The notes: a model not told the origin generated them from the sequence alone. Counted from the stretch's first letter, positions 29,259 through 39,147 are shown. The stretch: DNA of 64,000 nt from Alphaproteobacteria bacterium (GCA_965214705.1 OZ243972.1:3840001-3904000), one strand, 5' to 3'. A program made the numbers and translations.

Positions 29259-30281
29259 ATGACCCTTCAGCAGGTTCCCGTTATCGACATCGCGCCGTTC
29301 CTTGGCGGAGAGCGCGATGGCAAAGCGCGGGTGGCAGCCGAGGTCAAGCAGGCGTGCGAAGACATCGGCTTCTTCGTCATCACCGGCCACGGGGTCGACC
29401 CGGCGCTGACCAAGGCGACCCACGACGTCAGCCGGCGCTTTTTCGATCTGCCGCTTGATGAGAAGATGACGATCGAGCGCTGGGCGGACGACGTCATCAG
29501 GGGCTACAGCCCAGCCCTCAAGGAATGCCTGGCCGAAAGCCGCGGCGAGCGGGGTCCGGGCGATCTCAAGGAATCGCTGACCGTCGGCCCGCCGTTCGTG
29601 CCGGACGAGCCCTACTATCACTGCGCCGAGGCCGGCCAGCACTTCGTCGAGAATCGCTGGCCCGCGCGTCCTGCCGAGCTCAAGGAGACGTGGATCGCGT
29701 ACTGGGACGCGATGGAGCAGCTTGCCTTCACGCTCATGCGCATCTTTGCTTGCGCCCTCGACCTCGGCGAAGACTATTTCGATACGCGGGTCGACAAGCA
29801 CGTCAGCCAGTTCCGGGTGCTCAACTATCCGGACCAGCCGGCCCCACCGCTGGAGAACCAGTTCCGCGCGAGCGCGCACTCGGATTTCGGCGCCTGCACG
29901 ATCTGTGCGATCGAGGACAAGCCTGGCGGTCTCCAGGCCATGAATCGGGACGGCGAGTGGGTGAACGTGCCGGTGGTGCCCAATGCCTTCAGCATCAATC
30001 TCGGCGACCAGATGCAGATGTGGACCAACGACATGTGGGTTTCCACCCTGCACAGGGTTGTCAATCCGCCGCGGGACAAGGCGAACGACAGCCGCCGACA
30101 GTCGATGATCTTCTTCTTCTATACGAACTACGACTGCATGATCGAATGCTTCCCGGCCTGTCAGAGCGCGGACAATCCGGCCAAGTACCCGCCGGTCACC
30201 ACAAGCAAGAACCTGCTCGACAAGTTCCTGATGATGACCGCCATCGGCGCCTCGGGACAGAGGGCGTCCGATCAGCCATAA
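29259..30281 (+). CDS. IPNS-family 2OG-Fe(II) dioxygenase
   Basis: VPVIDI, GFFVITGH, HSDF...STLHRV...RQS; start placed at ATG 29259. Confidence 0.9.
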   Translation: MTLQQVPVIDIAPFLGGERDGKARVAAEVKQACEDIGFFVITGHGVDPALTKATHDVSRRFFDLPLDEKMTIERWADDVIRGYSPALKECLAESRGERGPGDLKESLTVGPPFVPDEPYYHCAEAGQHFVENRWPARPAELKETWIAYWDAMEQLAFTLMRIFACALDLGEDYFDTRVDKHVSQFRVLNYPDQPAPPLENQFRASAHSDFGACTICAIEDKPGGLQAMNRDGEWVNVPVVPNAFSINLGDQMQMWTNDMWVSTLHRVVNPPRDKANDSRRQSMIFFFYTNYDCMIECFPACQSADNPAKYPPVTTSKNLLDKFLMMTAIGASGQRASDQP

Positions 30282-30347
30282 GGCGCCGGGCGGCGCCTCA
30301 AGAAACGACCAAGGAGCCGTTAAGGCTCGAAACCAAGGGAGGTAGAC

Positions 30348-31472
30348 ATGATCAAACGGGCGAGACTCGCGGTGCTGGCAACTGCTGCACTGGCACTGGC
30401 GGTGACGGGAATCTTCGGCCCATCGCCGGCTTCGGCCCAAGAGGACAAGTACAAGGTCTTCGTCAGCGTGGGCTTCGAGGGCAACACCTGGATGGATGCG
30501 GCGCAGAACCTGATCCGCTCCATGGCCAAGACCAAGGCCTTCAAGGACCGGGTGGAGCTCAACATGCAATCGGCGCGGGCCGATATCCAGACCCAGATCC
30601 AACAGGTCAACGCCATGGTCCAGGGCGATGCCGACATCATCATCCTGTGGCCGAACTCGCGCACCGCGCTCAATCGCTCGATCCGTCAGGCGTGCCAGAG
30701 GGGCATTATCGTGATGACCTTCGACGCATCGGTGACCGAGCCCTGCGCCTACCACATCGGCCTGGATCAGACCTGGGCCGGTGCGGGGCCTGCGGAATAT
30801 CTGGCCGAAGAGCTCGGCGGCAAAGGCAGCATCATCGTCATGGGTGGCTACCCCGGCCACTACATCGATCATGCCCGCACCGACGGCGCCATGGAGGTCT
30901 TCGCCGCATATCCCGAGATCGAGGTCCTGGTTCATGCTTACAGCAACTGGAACAACGCGCACGCCAGGCAGGAGCTGACCAAGATCGTGGCCACCCACGG
31001 CTGGGACAACATCGACGGGCTGTGGACCCAGGTGGGCTGCTACATGTTCTCGCAGATCCAGGTCGAGGCCGGCCGTGCGGACCAACTGGTGCCCTGCGCC
31101 GGTAACGGCACCAACGGGCATAGGATCGCCATCGCCGAGCCCGGCACGGTGCCGGGTGCGCTGGGCATGAAGAGCAGCTCCATGGGCTCGCCCAACTGGC
31201 TCGGTGCCTACGCGCTCAAGGTCGCCGTCGCCTATGCCGACGGCGGTGCGGAGCCGCCGCGCTTCACCCAGGTGCCGATGCCGCTGGTCGAGCCGGGCCA
31301 GGTTGTGGTGTGCACCGAGGGGACGCGCGAGGAGCTGCTCGCGCGCAACTGCAACACCTACCATCCCGATCTCGGGGTGCCGCCGAACTACTTCGTCGAT
31401 GTGTGGCATCCCTGGGTGAGTGAGCTCGACCTGTTCTCAGCGCTCGAAGGCAAGGTGCCGGAAGGTCAGTAG
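30348..31472 (+). CDS. Sugar-type (RbsB-like) ABC substrate-binding protein
   Basis: Signal peptide, GNTW, ADIIIL, YLAEELGGKG; precedes an RbsA-like ATPase. Confidence 0.85.
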   Translation: MIKRARLAVLATAALALAVTGIFGPSPASAQEDKYKVFVSVGFEGNTWMDAAQNLIRSMAKTKAFKDRVELNMQSARADIQTQIQQVNAMVQGDADIIILWPNSRTALNRSIRQACQRGIIVMTFDASVTEPCAYHIGLDQTWAGAGPAEYLAEELGGKGSIIVMGGYPGHYIDHARTDGAMEVFAAYPEIEVLVHAYSNWNNAHARQELTKIVATHGWDNIDGLWTQVGCYMFSQIQVEAGRADQLVPCAGNGTNGHRIAIAEPGTVPGALGMKSSSMGSPNWLGAYALKVAVAYADGGAEPPRFTQVPMPLVEPGQVVVCTEGTREELLARNCNTYHPDLGVPPNYFVDVWHPWVSELDLFSALEGKVPEGQ

Positions 31473-31501
31473 CAAAAGGCCTAACAGGGAGGCACCTTCT
31501 A

Positions 31502-31535
31502 CCGTGCGGGACCTGCGCAAGCGGGTCCCGCACGG
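31502..31535 (+). terminator. 15-bp hairpin with GCAA tetraloop after the binding-protein gene
   Basis: ccgtgcgggacctgc-gcaa-gcgggtcccgcacgg (one G-U pair); no U-tract. Confidence 0.6.
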
Positions 31536-31563
31536 ACGCCTCCGACAGTCCTGACGCGTTGCC

Positions 31564-33102
31564 GTGGAAGAGAGCGGGAGCGAGGCGCCCGCCGCATTCG
31601 AGGTCGTCGGACTAAGAAAGCATTTCGGCGCCACGATTGCCCTGGATGACGTGTCGCTCGCCGTCGGGTCGGGCGACGTTCATGCGTTGCTGGGCGAGAA
31701 CGGCGCCGGCAAGTCCACTCTCGTCAAGATTCTCAGCGGTCTGATCCGGGCCGACGCCGGCGACATCCAATTGTTCGGCGAGCCCGCGCGGCTCGGCGAC
31801 CCGCGCACCGCGCACCGCGCCGGCATCCAGACCGCCTATCAGGAAATCTCGCTGATCAAGGACCTCACGGTCACCCAGAACATGCTCCTGCCCTACGAGC
31901 CCGCGTACCCAGGCGGGCAGGTGCGCCGGCGGCGATCGGAAGAGCTGGTGCGCGAGATGCTCCAGAGACTCGGCCTGGACGATATCGACCCGCGCGTGGA
32001 AGTCGCGACGCTCGATCTCTCCACCCAGCAGCGGATCGAGATTGCCCGCGCCATCTCGCGCGAGCCGAGGATTCTGCTGCTGGATGAGCCCACCTCGGCG
32101 CTCTCCGGCAAGGATGTCGAATGGCTGCACGGGCAGGTCGATGCGTTGCGGGAGCAAGGCGTCACCACGGTGTTCATCTCCCACCGCATGCAGGAGGTCC
32201 GGCGCTTCTGCGACAACCTGACCGTGCTGCGCAACGGCGCCAACGTGGGGAGCTTCGCTGTCGCCGACATCTCGGAGGAGGAGGTCATCGCGCTGGTGAT
32301 CGGCCGCTCGCTGGCCGCGACCTTTCCAGAGAAGCCGCCGCGCGCAGCGGGGGAGACAGCGGAGCCGGTCCTTTCGGCCGAAGGCCTCGCGGCGGGCGGC
32401 AGGCTCAAGGACCTGTCGTTCGCGCTGCGGCCCGGCGACGTGCTCGGCGTCGCGGGGCTCGAAGGCATGGGGCAGCGTGAGCTGTTTCTCGCTCTGTTCG
32501 GCATGATCAGACCCACGGCCGGCACGGTCTCGGTCTACGGCAAGCCGGTCACCCTGAAGTCGCCGCGCGATGCGCTGCGGGCCGACATCGGCATCAGCCT
32601 GGTGCCGGAGGAACGCAAGACGGAGGCGCTGGCGCTAGAGATGACCGGGCGGGAGAACGTCTCGCTGCCGGTCATCGAGCGGTTCAGGCGTTTCGGGGTC
32701 ATCGACACGGCGGCGGAGTCCGCGGCCGTTTCTCAGGTGCTGGATCTGGTGCAGGTGGATCGCCGGGCGCTCCATACCGCCTGCAAGGTCTTCAGCGGCG
32801 GCAACCAGCAAAAGCTCGCCATCGCCAAGTGGCTGCTGACCGAAAACCGCATCCTGCTCATGTACGACCCGACCCGCGGCGTCGATGTGGGCACCAAGGC
32901 CGAGATCTACGTGATGATCCGTGCGTATGCGAGCGCGGGCGGCGCGGTGCTGTTCTACTCCACCGACGTTTCGGAGCTGGTCAACCTCTGCGATGAGGTG
33001 AAGGTCGTCTATCGCGGCCGCGCAGCGGCGACGCTGAGCGGCGACGCGCTCTCGGAGCCCGCCGTCATGCGCGCGGCGCTGGGCGAGGGCGGGGCGCCGT
33101 GA
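31564..33102 (+). CDS. Sugar ABC transporter double ATPase (RbsA-like)
   Basis: GENGAGKST, LLDEPT, ISHRM, SGGNQQK, DPTRGVDVG. Confidence 0.9.
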   Translation: MEESGSEAPAAFEVVGLRKHFGATIALDDVSLAVGSGDVHALLGENGAGKSTLVKILSGLIRADAGDIQLFGEPARLGDPRTAHRAGIQTAYQEISLIKDLTVTQNMLLPYEPAYPGGQVRRRRSEELVREMLQRLGLDDIDPRVEVATLDLSTQQRIEIARAISREPRILLLDEPTSALSGKDVEWLHGQVDALREQGVTTVFISHRMQEVRRFCDNLTVLRNGANVGSFAVADISEEEVIALVIGRSLAATFPEKPPRAAGETAEPVLSAEGLAAGGRLKDLSFALRPGDVLGVAGLEGMGQRELFLALFGMIRPTAGTVSVYGKPVTLKSPRDALRADIGISLVPEERKTEALALEMTGRENVSLPVIERFRRFGVIDTAAESAAVSQVLDLVQVDRRALHTACKVFSGGNQQKLAIAKWLLTENRILLMYDPTRGVDVGTKAEIYVMIRAYASAGGAVLFYSTDVSELVNLCDEVKVVYRGRAAATLSGDALSEPAVMRAALGEGGAP

Positions 33103-35228
33103 ACGGCAGACCGCTGCTGCCGCTGCCGCGATTCGATCGCGACAGTCTCCCGGTGTTGAACTGGCAGCGCCAGCGCGGCCTCCTGATCTCGGTCGGTGTG
33201 TTCCTGGTGATGCTGATCATCCTTCAGCTCGTGAAGGGCGAGGGGATCAGCTACTTCGACGTGAGCTCCATCACCACCGGTGCGACGACGCTGGCGCTCG
33301 CGGCCGTGGGCGAGACCATCGTCATCCTGGCCGGCGGCTTCGATCTCTCGGCCGGCGCGGTGATCTCGCTGGTCAACGTGATGATCATCCAGTTCCTCGG
33401 CGGCGGGTCCGAGTTCTCCTCCGATGTCGCCGCGCTTTCCGGCGCCGAGTTCATCGGGGCGGCGCTGGCGCTGGCGCTTGCGGTGGGCGCGGCGATCGGG
33501 GCGATCAACGGCTTCCTGATTGCCTTTCTCGGCCTGTCGGCGATCGTCGTGACGCTCGCCACGATGTTCATCGCGCAGGGCGCGGCCCTGCTGGTGATGA
33601 CCCACGCGGGCGGCGAGGCGCCGTGGGAGTTCAGCATGTTCTTCACCGGCGAGGCCATCGCCGGTGTGCTGCCCGCGCCGATCATCGTGCTCGCGGTCGT
33701 CATCGTGCTCTGGCTGGCGCTGCGGAATTCGCGGCTCGGGACCGGTATCTACGCCATCGGCAGCGACGAGAAGTCGGCGCTGGCGAGCGGCACCGACGTG
33801 CGGATGACGAAGTTCTGGGCCTACACCATCGCCGGCGTTTGCTACGGCGCCGCCGGCATGTTCATGACGGCCCAGATCGGCGCCGGAGACCCGCTGATCG
33901 GCGCCAAGTTCCTGCTCAAGATTTTCGCCGCCGTGGTCATCGGCGGGACACTGATCGGCGGCGGTCGCGGCGGCTGTGTCGGCACCGTCTTCGGCGCGCT
34001 GACGCTGACCATCATCCTCACGATCTTCCTGCTGCTCGGCATGCGCACCTGGTACGTGCCGTTGGCCGAGGGCGCGATCCTGATCTTCGCAGTGCTGGGG
34101 CTCTCGATGAGCCGGGACCTGCCGGTAGTGGATGTCGTGCGCGGCTGGCGGCAGGCGCTCCGCACGCGTTGGCGGGCACCGGTCGTGCCCTCGGCCGGCC
34201 TCGGAGGTGACGGACTGTTGCAAGACCTGCTGGGCCGAACGGCCGCCCGAGGCGGCCCCGACCTGACTCGCCCGACCGCAGGCTGGTTCACCCGCAACCA
34301 GGCCACGCTCCGCTATATCTCTCCCACCTACGTCATGTTCGCCGTGATCGTGATCGCGACTGTGGTGCTCTTCGGTGAGAACCTGTCGGCGCTCGAATAT
34401 CTCAACGTCCTGCTGCTGTTCACCGCCTTCCTCGCGATCCTGGGCCTGGGCCAGGGGGCGGTCATCATCTCGGGCGGGCTCGATCTTTCGGTTGCGTGGG
34501 CGATCACGTTCCCCGCGATCGTCGTCACCACCTTTTGCTTCGGTGAGAACGGGCCGGCCTATTGGGCGGTGCCGCTGGCGCTGGCGATCGGACTCGCCAT
34601 CGGCTGTCTGAACGGCCTCATGATCGTGCTCTTCAGGATGTCTCCGATCATCGTCACGCTGGCGATGGCGGGCATGCTCGAAGGCATCTCGCTCATCTTC
34701 AGCGACGGCGCGCCTATTGGCGGCTCGCCGCCGGTGCTGCGCTGGTTCGTGTCGGGCCGGCTGCTCGGCATCGCGCCCATCGGCTGGTTCCTGATCGCGT
34801 TTGCGATCGCGGCCACGATCTTCCTCAACCGGACCGCCTTCGGGCGCAGGCTCTACACAGTGGGCAACAGCGTCACCGTGGCGCGGCTCTCCGGCGTCTG
34901 GACCGGCTCGGTCATCGTCGGCGCCTACATGTTGAGCGGCTTCTGCTCCGCGCTGGTGGGCGTGTTGCTCTCGGGCTTCAGCGGGCAGGCGTTCTTCGGC
35001 ATGGGGGATCCGTTCCTGCTGCAATCGATCGCGGTGGTGGTGCTGGGCGGCACGCTGATCACCGGCGGGCGCGGCCACTTCGTCGGCATCCTGGGCGGCG
35101 CCCTGTTGTTCACGGCGCTCGGCTCGCTGCTGACAGGAACGATGCTGCCGGAGGCCGTGCGCAGTATCATCTACGGACTTGTGCTGCTCGGCGCTATCGT
35201 CGCGCTCAGGGAGCGCGCGGACGCATGA
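33099..35228 (+). CDS. Fused double sugar-ABC permease (two RbsC-like domains)
   Basis: GGFDLS and GGLDLS, VIGGT..GGRG and VLGGT..GGRG each occur once per half; 709 aa. Confidence 0.88.
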   Translation: MNGRPLLPLPRFDRDSLPVLNWQRQRGLLISVGVFLVMLIILQLVKGEGISYFDVSSITTGATTLALAAVGETIVILAGGFDLSAGAVISLVNVMIIQFLGGGSEFSSDVAALSGAEFIGAALALALAVGAAIGAINGFLIAFLGLSAIVVTLATMFIAQGAALLVMTHAGGEAPWEFSMFFTGEAIAGVLPAPIIVLAVVIVLWLALRNSRLGTGIYAIGSDEKSALASGTDVRMTKFWAYTIAGVCYGAAGMFMTAQIGAGDPLIGAKFLLKIFAAVVIGGTLIGGGRGGCVGTVFGALTLTIILTIFLLLGMRTWYVPLAEGAILIFAVLGLSMSRDLPVVDVVRGWRQALRTRWRAPVVPSAGLGGDGLLQDLLGRTAARGGPDLTRPTAGWFTRNQATLRYISPTYVMFAVIVIATVVLFGENLSALEYLNVLLLFTAFLAILGLGQGAVIISGGLDLSVAWAITFPAIVVTTFCFGENGPAYWAVPLALAIGLAIGCLNGLMIVLFRMSPIIVTLAMAGMLEGISLIFSDGAPIGGSPPVLRWFVSGRLLGIAPIGWFLIAFAIAATIFLNRTAFGRRLYTVGNSVTVARLSGVWTGSVIVGAYMLSGFCSALVGVLLSGFSGQAFFGMGDPFLLQSIAVVVLGGTLITGGRGHFVGILGGALLFTALGSLLTGTMLPEAVRSIIYGLVLLGAIVALRERADA

Positions 35229-35316
35229 CTCGCGGAGGGAGCGCGCGGACGCATAGGGCTGGAGGCACCGAGACCGGACATTCGCCGCGACGTGGCAACG
35301 CCAGAAGGGGGAAACC

Positions 35317-36231
35317 ATGGCCACGAAGAAAGACATTCAGGTTTGTTTCAATCCCCATTTCGATTCGGTTTCGCTCTGGATCGGATCGTTCGGCGGCGCC
35401 GATTCGCCCTGCGACATCTCGCGCGGCGTCTTCGCGGCGCGGCAGGGGGTGCCGCGCATTCTCGAAATGATGGACCGCTACGGCATCAAGACCACGTGGG
35501 ACATCACCGGCCATTCGATCGAGAGCTTTCCAAAGGAATCGGAATTGATCGTGAAGTACGGCCACGAGCTGGGCGTGCACGGCTACACGCACGAGAACCC
35601 GCTCGCCATGTCGCGCCAGCAGGAGGCCGACGTGCTCGACAAGTGCATCGAGCTGGTGACCGACCTCTGCGGCGTGCGCCCGGTCGGCTACGTCGCGCCG
35701 TGGTGGGAGCTCAGCCCCAACACCATCGATCTGCTGATTGAGCGTGGTTTCCTCTATGACCGCAGCGTCATGGAGGACGACTACACCCCGCATTACCTGC
35801 GCAGCGGCGATAGCTGGACCAAGATCGACTATACCCAGGAAGCCAAGACCTGGATGAAGCCCTGGCAGCCGGGGGAGGCGGTCGACCTCGTCGAGCTGCC
35901 GGCGAGCTGGTACCTCGACGACGCGCCGCCCATGATGTTCGTGAAAACCTTCCCGAACAGCCATGGCTGGGTCAATCCGCGGGATGTCGAGGACATCTGG
36001 CGCGACCAGTTCGACTGGATCTACCGTCACTACGACTATGCGATCTACACCTGCGTGATCCATCCGGACTGCGCTGGCAAGCCGCAGGTGCTGATGATGC
36101 TGGAGCGGATCTTCGACCACATTCTGGCACATACCGGTGTGCGCATGATCACGATGCGGGAGATGGCCGAGGACTTCAAACGCCGCCATCCCTTCAACGG
36201 TACGACCGAGGGCGCGCCCGCCGTGGACTAA
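35317..36231 (+). CDS. CE4 deacetylase, H. pylori PgdA(HP0310)-like subfamily
   Basis: GSFGGADSPCDISRG, HELGVHGYTHENP, YVAPWWE, WYLDD, DQFDW, IHPD. Confidence 0.88.
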   Translation: MATKKDIQVCFNPHFDSVSLWIGSFGGADSPCDISRGVFAARQGVPRILEMMDRYGIKTTWDITGHSIESFPKESELIVKYGHELGVHGYTHENPLAMSRQQEADVLDKCIELVTDLCGVRPVGYVAPWWELSPNTIDLLIERGFLYDRSVMEDDYTPHYLRSGDSWTKIDYTQEAKTWMKPWQPGEAVDLVELPASWYLDDAPPMMFVKTFPNSHGWVNPRDVEDIWRDQFDWIYRHYDYAIYTCVIHPDCAGKPQVLMMLERIFDHILAHTGVRMITMREMAEDFKRRHPFNGTTEGAPAVD

Positions 36232-36318
36232 GCGAGGGCGCGAACCGCGCCGCCGGCCCCGCGTCCTGCGCCGAGGGGCCGCCGGCGGAAACACCGAAGC
36301 GCAGCGAAAGGAGCTCCC

Positions 36319-37377
36319 ATGTCGACCGGATCCCTCGCGGAAATTCCGCTCATCGACCTCAGCCCTTATTTCGCGGGCGACCCGGCCGAAAAGCGGCGTG
36401 TCGCGGACGAGATCAGCCGAGCCTGCGAGCGCATCGGTTTCTTCATGGTCTCGGGCCACGGGGTGGACCCGGCGCTGATCGAGCGCGCGCGTCGTGAATC
36501 CCTGACGTTCTTCGGCCTGCCGATGAAGGAGAAGCTTGCCATCAGGAAGCCAGAGGGCGATTTGGCGGTCCGCGGTTACGAGCCGGTGGGCACGGAGCAC
36601 CTCTCGGCGACGATCGGCGTGGAGACGCCGCCCGACCTGAAGGAATCGATCTCCTTCGGGCCTATCGAGGCGTTCGATCATCCGTCCTGCCATACAGAGG
36701 CAGCCGCGCCATGCTACGCGCCCAATATCTTTCCGCAGCACCCGGCGGAGCTCCGCCAGACCATCGAGGACTATATCCGGGCCCTCGACCTGCTCGGCTG
36801 GCACCTGCACCGGCTCGCGGCCATCGCCTTCGAACTGCCCGAGGACCACTTCGACGCCATGCTCGAACGGGGCTTCAGCATCCTCCGCGTGCTGAACTAT
36901 CCCGAGCAGAAATCGGCGCCCAAGGAGGGGCAGCTTCGCGCCGGCGAGCACTCGGACTACGACAACCTCACCATCTGCCTGATCGAGGACAAGCCGGGCG
37001 GCCTGCAGGCGCGCGGCCCGGACGGCACCTGGGTGAACGTGCCGGCCATCCCCGGCTCGTTCGTGGTCAACATTGGCGACTTCCTGATGCGCTGGACCAA
37101 CGACCGCTGGAAGTCCACGCGGCATCGCGTGCTCAACCCGCCGCACGCGTCCGGAGACCGCCTCTCCTTCTGCCACTTCATCGAGCCCAACTACGACGCG
37201 CTGATCGAGTGTCTGCCGACCTGCCACAGCCAGGAGGAGCCGGCGAAGTACCCGCCGATCACGGCCGGCGCCTACATGCTCGAGAAATTCTCCAGCCAGG
37301 AGAGCGGCCGCGAGTGGGACGACGAGGACAGCGAGAAGTTCGGTACCGGAGACACCGAGACGCGCTTCGTCAACTGA
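36319..37377 (+). CDS. IPNS-family 2OG-Fe(II) dioxygenase, close paralog of 14510-15568
   Basis: Same 352-aa length and HSD/H/RLS motifs; 66-nt identical block. Confidence 0.9.
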   Translation: MSTGSLAEIPLIDLSPYFAGDPAEKRRVADEISRACERIGFFMVSGHGVDPALIERARRESLTFFGLPMKEKLAIRKPEGDLAVRGYEPVGTEHLSATIGVETPPDLKESISFGPIEAFDHPSCHTEAAAPCYAPNIFPQHPAELRQTIEDYIRALDLLGWHLHRLAAIAFELPEDHFDAMLERGFSILRVLNYPEQKSAPKEGQLRAGEHSDYDNLTICLIEDKPGGLQARGPDGTWVNVPAIPGSFVVNIGDFLMRWTNDRWKSTRHRVLNPPHASGDRLSFCHFIEPNYDALIECLPTCHSQEEPAKYPPITAGAYMLEKFSSQESGREWDDEDSEKFGTGDTETRFVN

Positions 37378-37396
37378 CCGCGGTGAGATCGCCGCG

Positions 37397-38497
37397 CTAA
37401 TCGTCCACGGCCTCCCGCATCCATTGCTGGAGCGTCCGGATGGAGTGCTCGGAGTTGAGCCCGCCGCGGGGATCGAGCACGAGCGGGCCGGGCCGGTAGC
37501 CGCGATTCTTCAAGCCCTTCGCCACGCTTTCGACCAGCCGGATATCCTCCGCGACCGTGGTCTCCAGGTCTTGCGCCGCGAGCTGCCGGATCATGGCGCT
37601 CTCGTCACCGCCCGGCGTGTACCAGCCGCGCCAGACGGTGCACGTGTCCACGTCGTGGGCGCGCCAGTGATAGGTGTTCAGCACGTTGCCCGGATAGACC
37701 TGGAACGAGAACATCGGCCAGAGGAAGAACGTGCGGTATTCCCCGGCATGGGGCACCGATAGGTCGATCGGATAGCTCATCCGCTCCAGGTTCTGGCACT
37801 CGGTCGTGTGCCGCAGGACGTAGCCTTCCCCTGAAGGCTTGATGTCATAGGTCTCAGGCCGGATTACGCCGGTCGCAAAGGTCGGATGGCGCAGCACGCA
37901 GTGGTAGCATTCGGAGTGGTTCTCGACCGAGACCTTCCAGTTGCAGGCTTCCGGGACCTCGATCCATTCCAGCGGCGCGAGTGCGCCGATGCCCGGCACG
38001 TAGTCCGCGAGTTCCTCCCGCACGCCCGGATACCACGCGTCCATCGGCGCCGCGTCGTCGTCGAGATTGACGAAGACGAAGCCGTGCACGCTCTCGATCC
38101 GCACCGCCGTCAAGCGAATGGATGAACCATCGAAGCCGGGAACCGCCTCCACGTTCGGCCCGCTGCGGAACGCGCCGGTCAGCTCGTAGGACCAGGCGTG
38201 GTAGGGGCAGACGATCGCGCGCGTCGTGCCGGCGCCTTCCACCAGCCGATGCCCCCGGTGCTGGCACACGTTGTAGAAGGCGCGCAGCACGCCGTCGCGC
38301 CCGCGGATGCAGAACAGGCTCTCGCCCGCAATCTCGCACGTGAAGTAGTCGCCGGCCTCGCGCGCTTGGCTCTCGTGCCCGGCGAACTGCCAGGTGCGGG
38401 CGAACAGTCCCTGGCGCTCCTTCTCGAAGATGGCCGGATCGGTGTAGTAGCGTGCGGCGAGCGAACGGACGGGCGCAGGCGGGTCTTGACCTGTCAT
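37397..38497 (-). CDS. Rieske non-heme iron oxygenase alpha subunit (CntA/choline monooxygenase-like)
   Basis: CQHRG...CPYHAW Rieske motif; NWKVSVENHSECYHC...H; AEDI; start placed at ATG 38497. Confidence 0.88.
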   Translation of the reverse strand: MTGQDPPAPVRSLAARYYTDPAIFEKERQGLFARTWQFAGHESQAREAGDYFTCEIAGESLFCIRGRDGVLRAFYNVCQHRGHRLVEGAGTTRAIVCPYHAWSYELTGAFRSGPNVEAVPGFDGSSIRLTAVRIESVHGFVFVNLDDDAAPMDAWYPGVREELADYVPGIGALAPLEWIEVPEACNWKVSVENHSECYHCVLRHPTFATGVIRPETYDIKPSGEGYVLRHTTECQNLERMSYPIDLSVPHAGEYRTFFLWPMFSFQVYPGNVLNTYHWRAHDVDTCTVWRGWYTPGGDESAMIRQLAAQDLETTVAEDIRLVESVAKGLKNRGYRPGPLVLDPRGGLNSEHSIRTLQQWMREAVDD

Positions 38498-38667
38498 TCG
38501 CGACGATCCTCCCCGGCGGGCGATGCGGCGCACGCGACGCCGGCCAGGATAGGCGAAACGGCTGTCCATCGCCCAGTAGAATGTCCACGCGAGTCGCTTG
38601 GTTGGGAGAGCTCCCCGATGGTTCCATTCTTCGACACACATCACGTCGGCAACATCGCGGTCGTGCC

Positions 38668-39147
38668 ATGACGATCGCCCGCATCCGGCACGCGGCTCTC
38701 GCGGTTGCGCTGGGGACCATGCTCACGGTTGCAGGGTTTGCCTCGGCCGGCCGGGCGGAGACCGGCGCGCTCGAGCCGCTGACCATCGAGACGGGCACGG
38801 GCGTCCACATCATTCAGGTCGAGGTTGCGCGCTCGGCCGAAGAGCGCGCCGTCGGCCTCATGCACCGCACCGAGCTCGCACCGGACCGCGGCATGCTCTT
38901 CGACTACGGGACCACACGGCCGGCCACCATGTGGATGAAGAACACGCTGATCTCGCTGGACATGTTCTTCGCCGAGAGCACCGGGCGTATCGTCACCATC
39001 GCCGAACGCACCACCCCGCTCTCCGAGAAGCGGGTACACTCCGGCCAGCCGGTCCGATTTGTGCTGGAGATGATCGCAGGCTCCGCCCGGCGCCTCGGCA
39101 TCGCGCCCGGCGACCGCCTGCGCCACCCGCTGATCGAGCAGCCATGA
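38668..39147 (+). CDS. DUF192 family exported protein
   Basis: GLMHR, GMLF, MWMKNTLISLDM, FVLE. Confidence 0.88.
   Translation: MTIARIRHAALAVALGTMLTVAGFASAGRAETGALEPLTIETGTGVHIIQVEVARSAEERAVGLMHRTELAPDRGMLFDYGTTRPATMWMKNTLISLDMFFAESTGRIVTIAERTTPLSEKRVHSGQPVRFVLEMIAGSARRLGIAPGDRLRHPLIEQP

Noticed and set aside
26940-37377. Penicillin-like cluster (IPNS-family plus IAT/C45 genes, AmpG elsewhere)
   Set aside because: No ACV synthetase or any NRPS is present. Both families are broad, and the context is import and catabolism.
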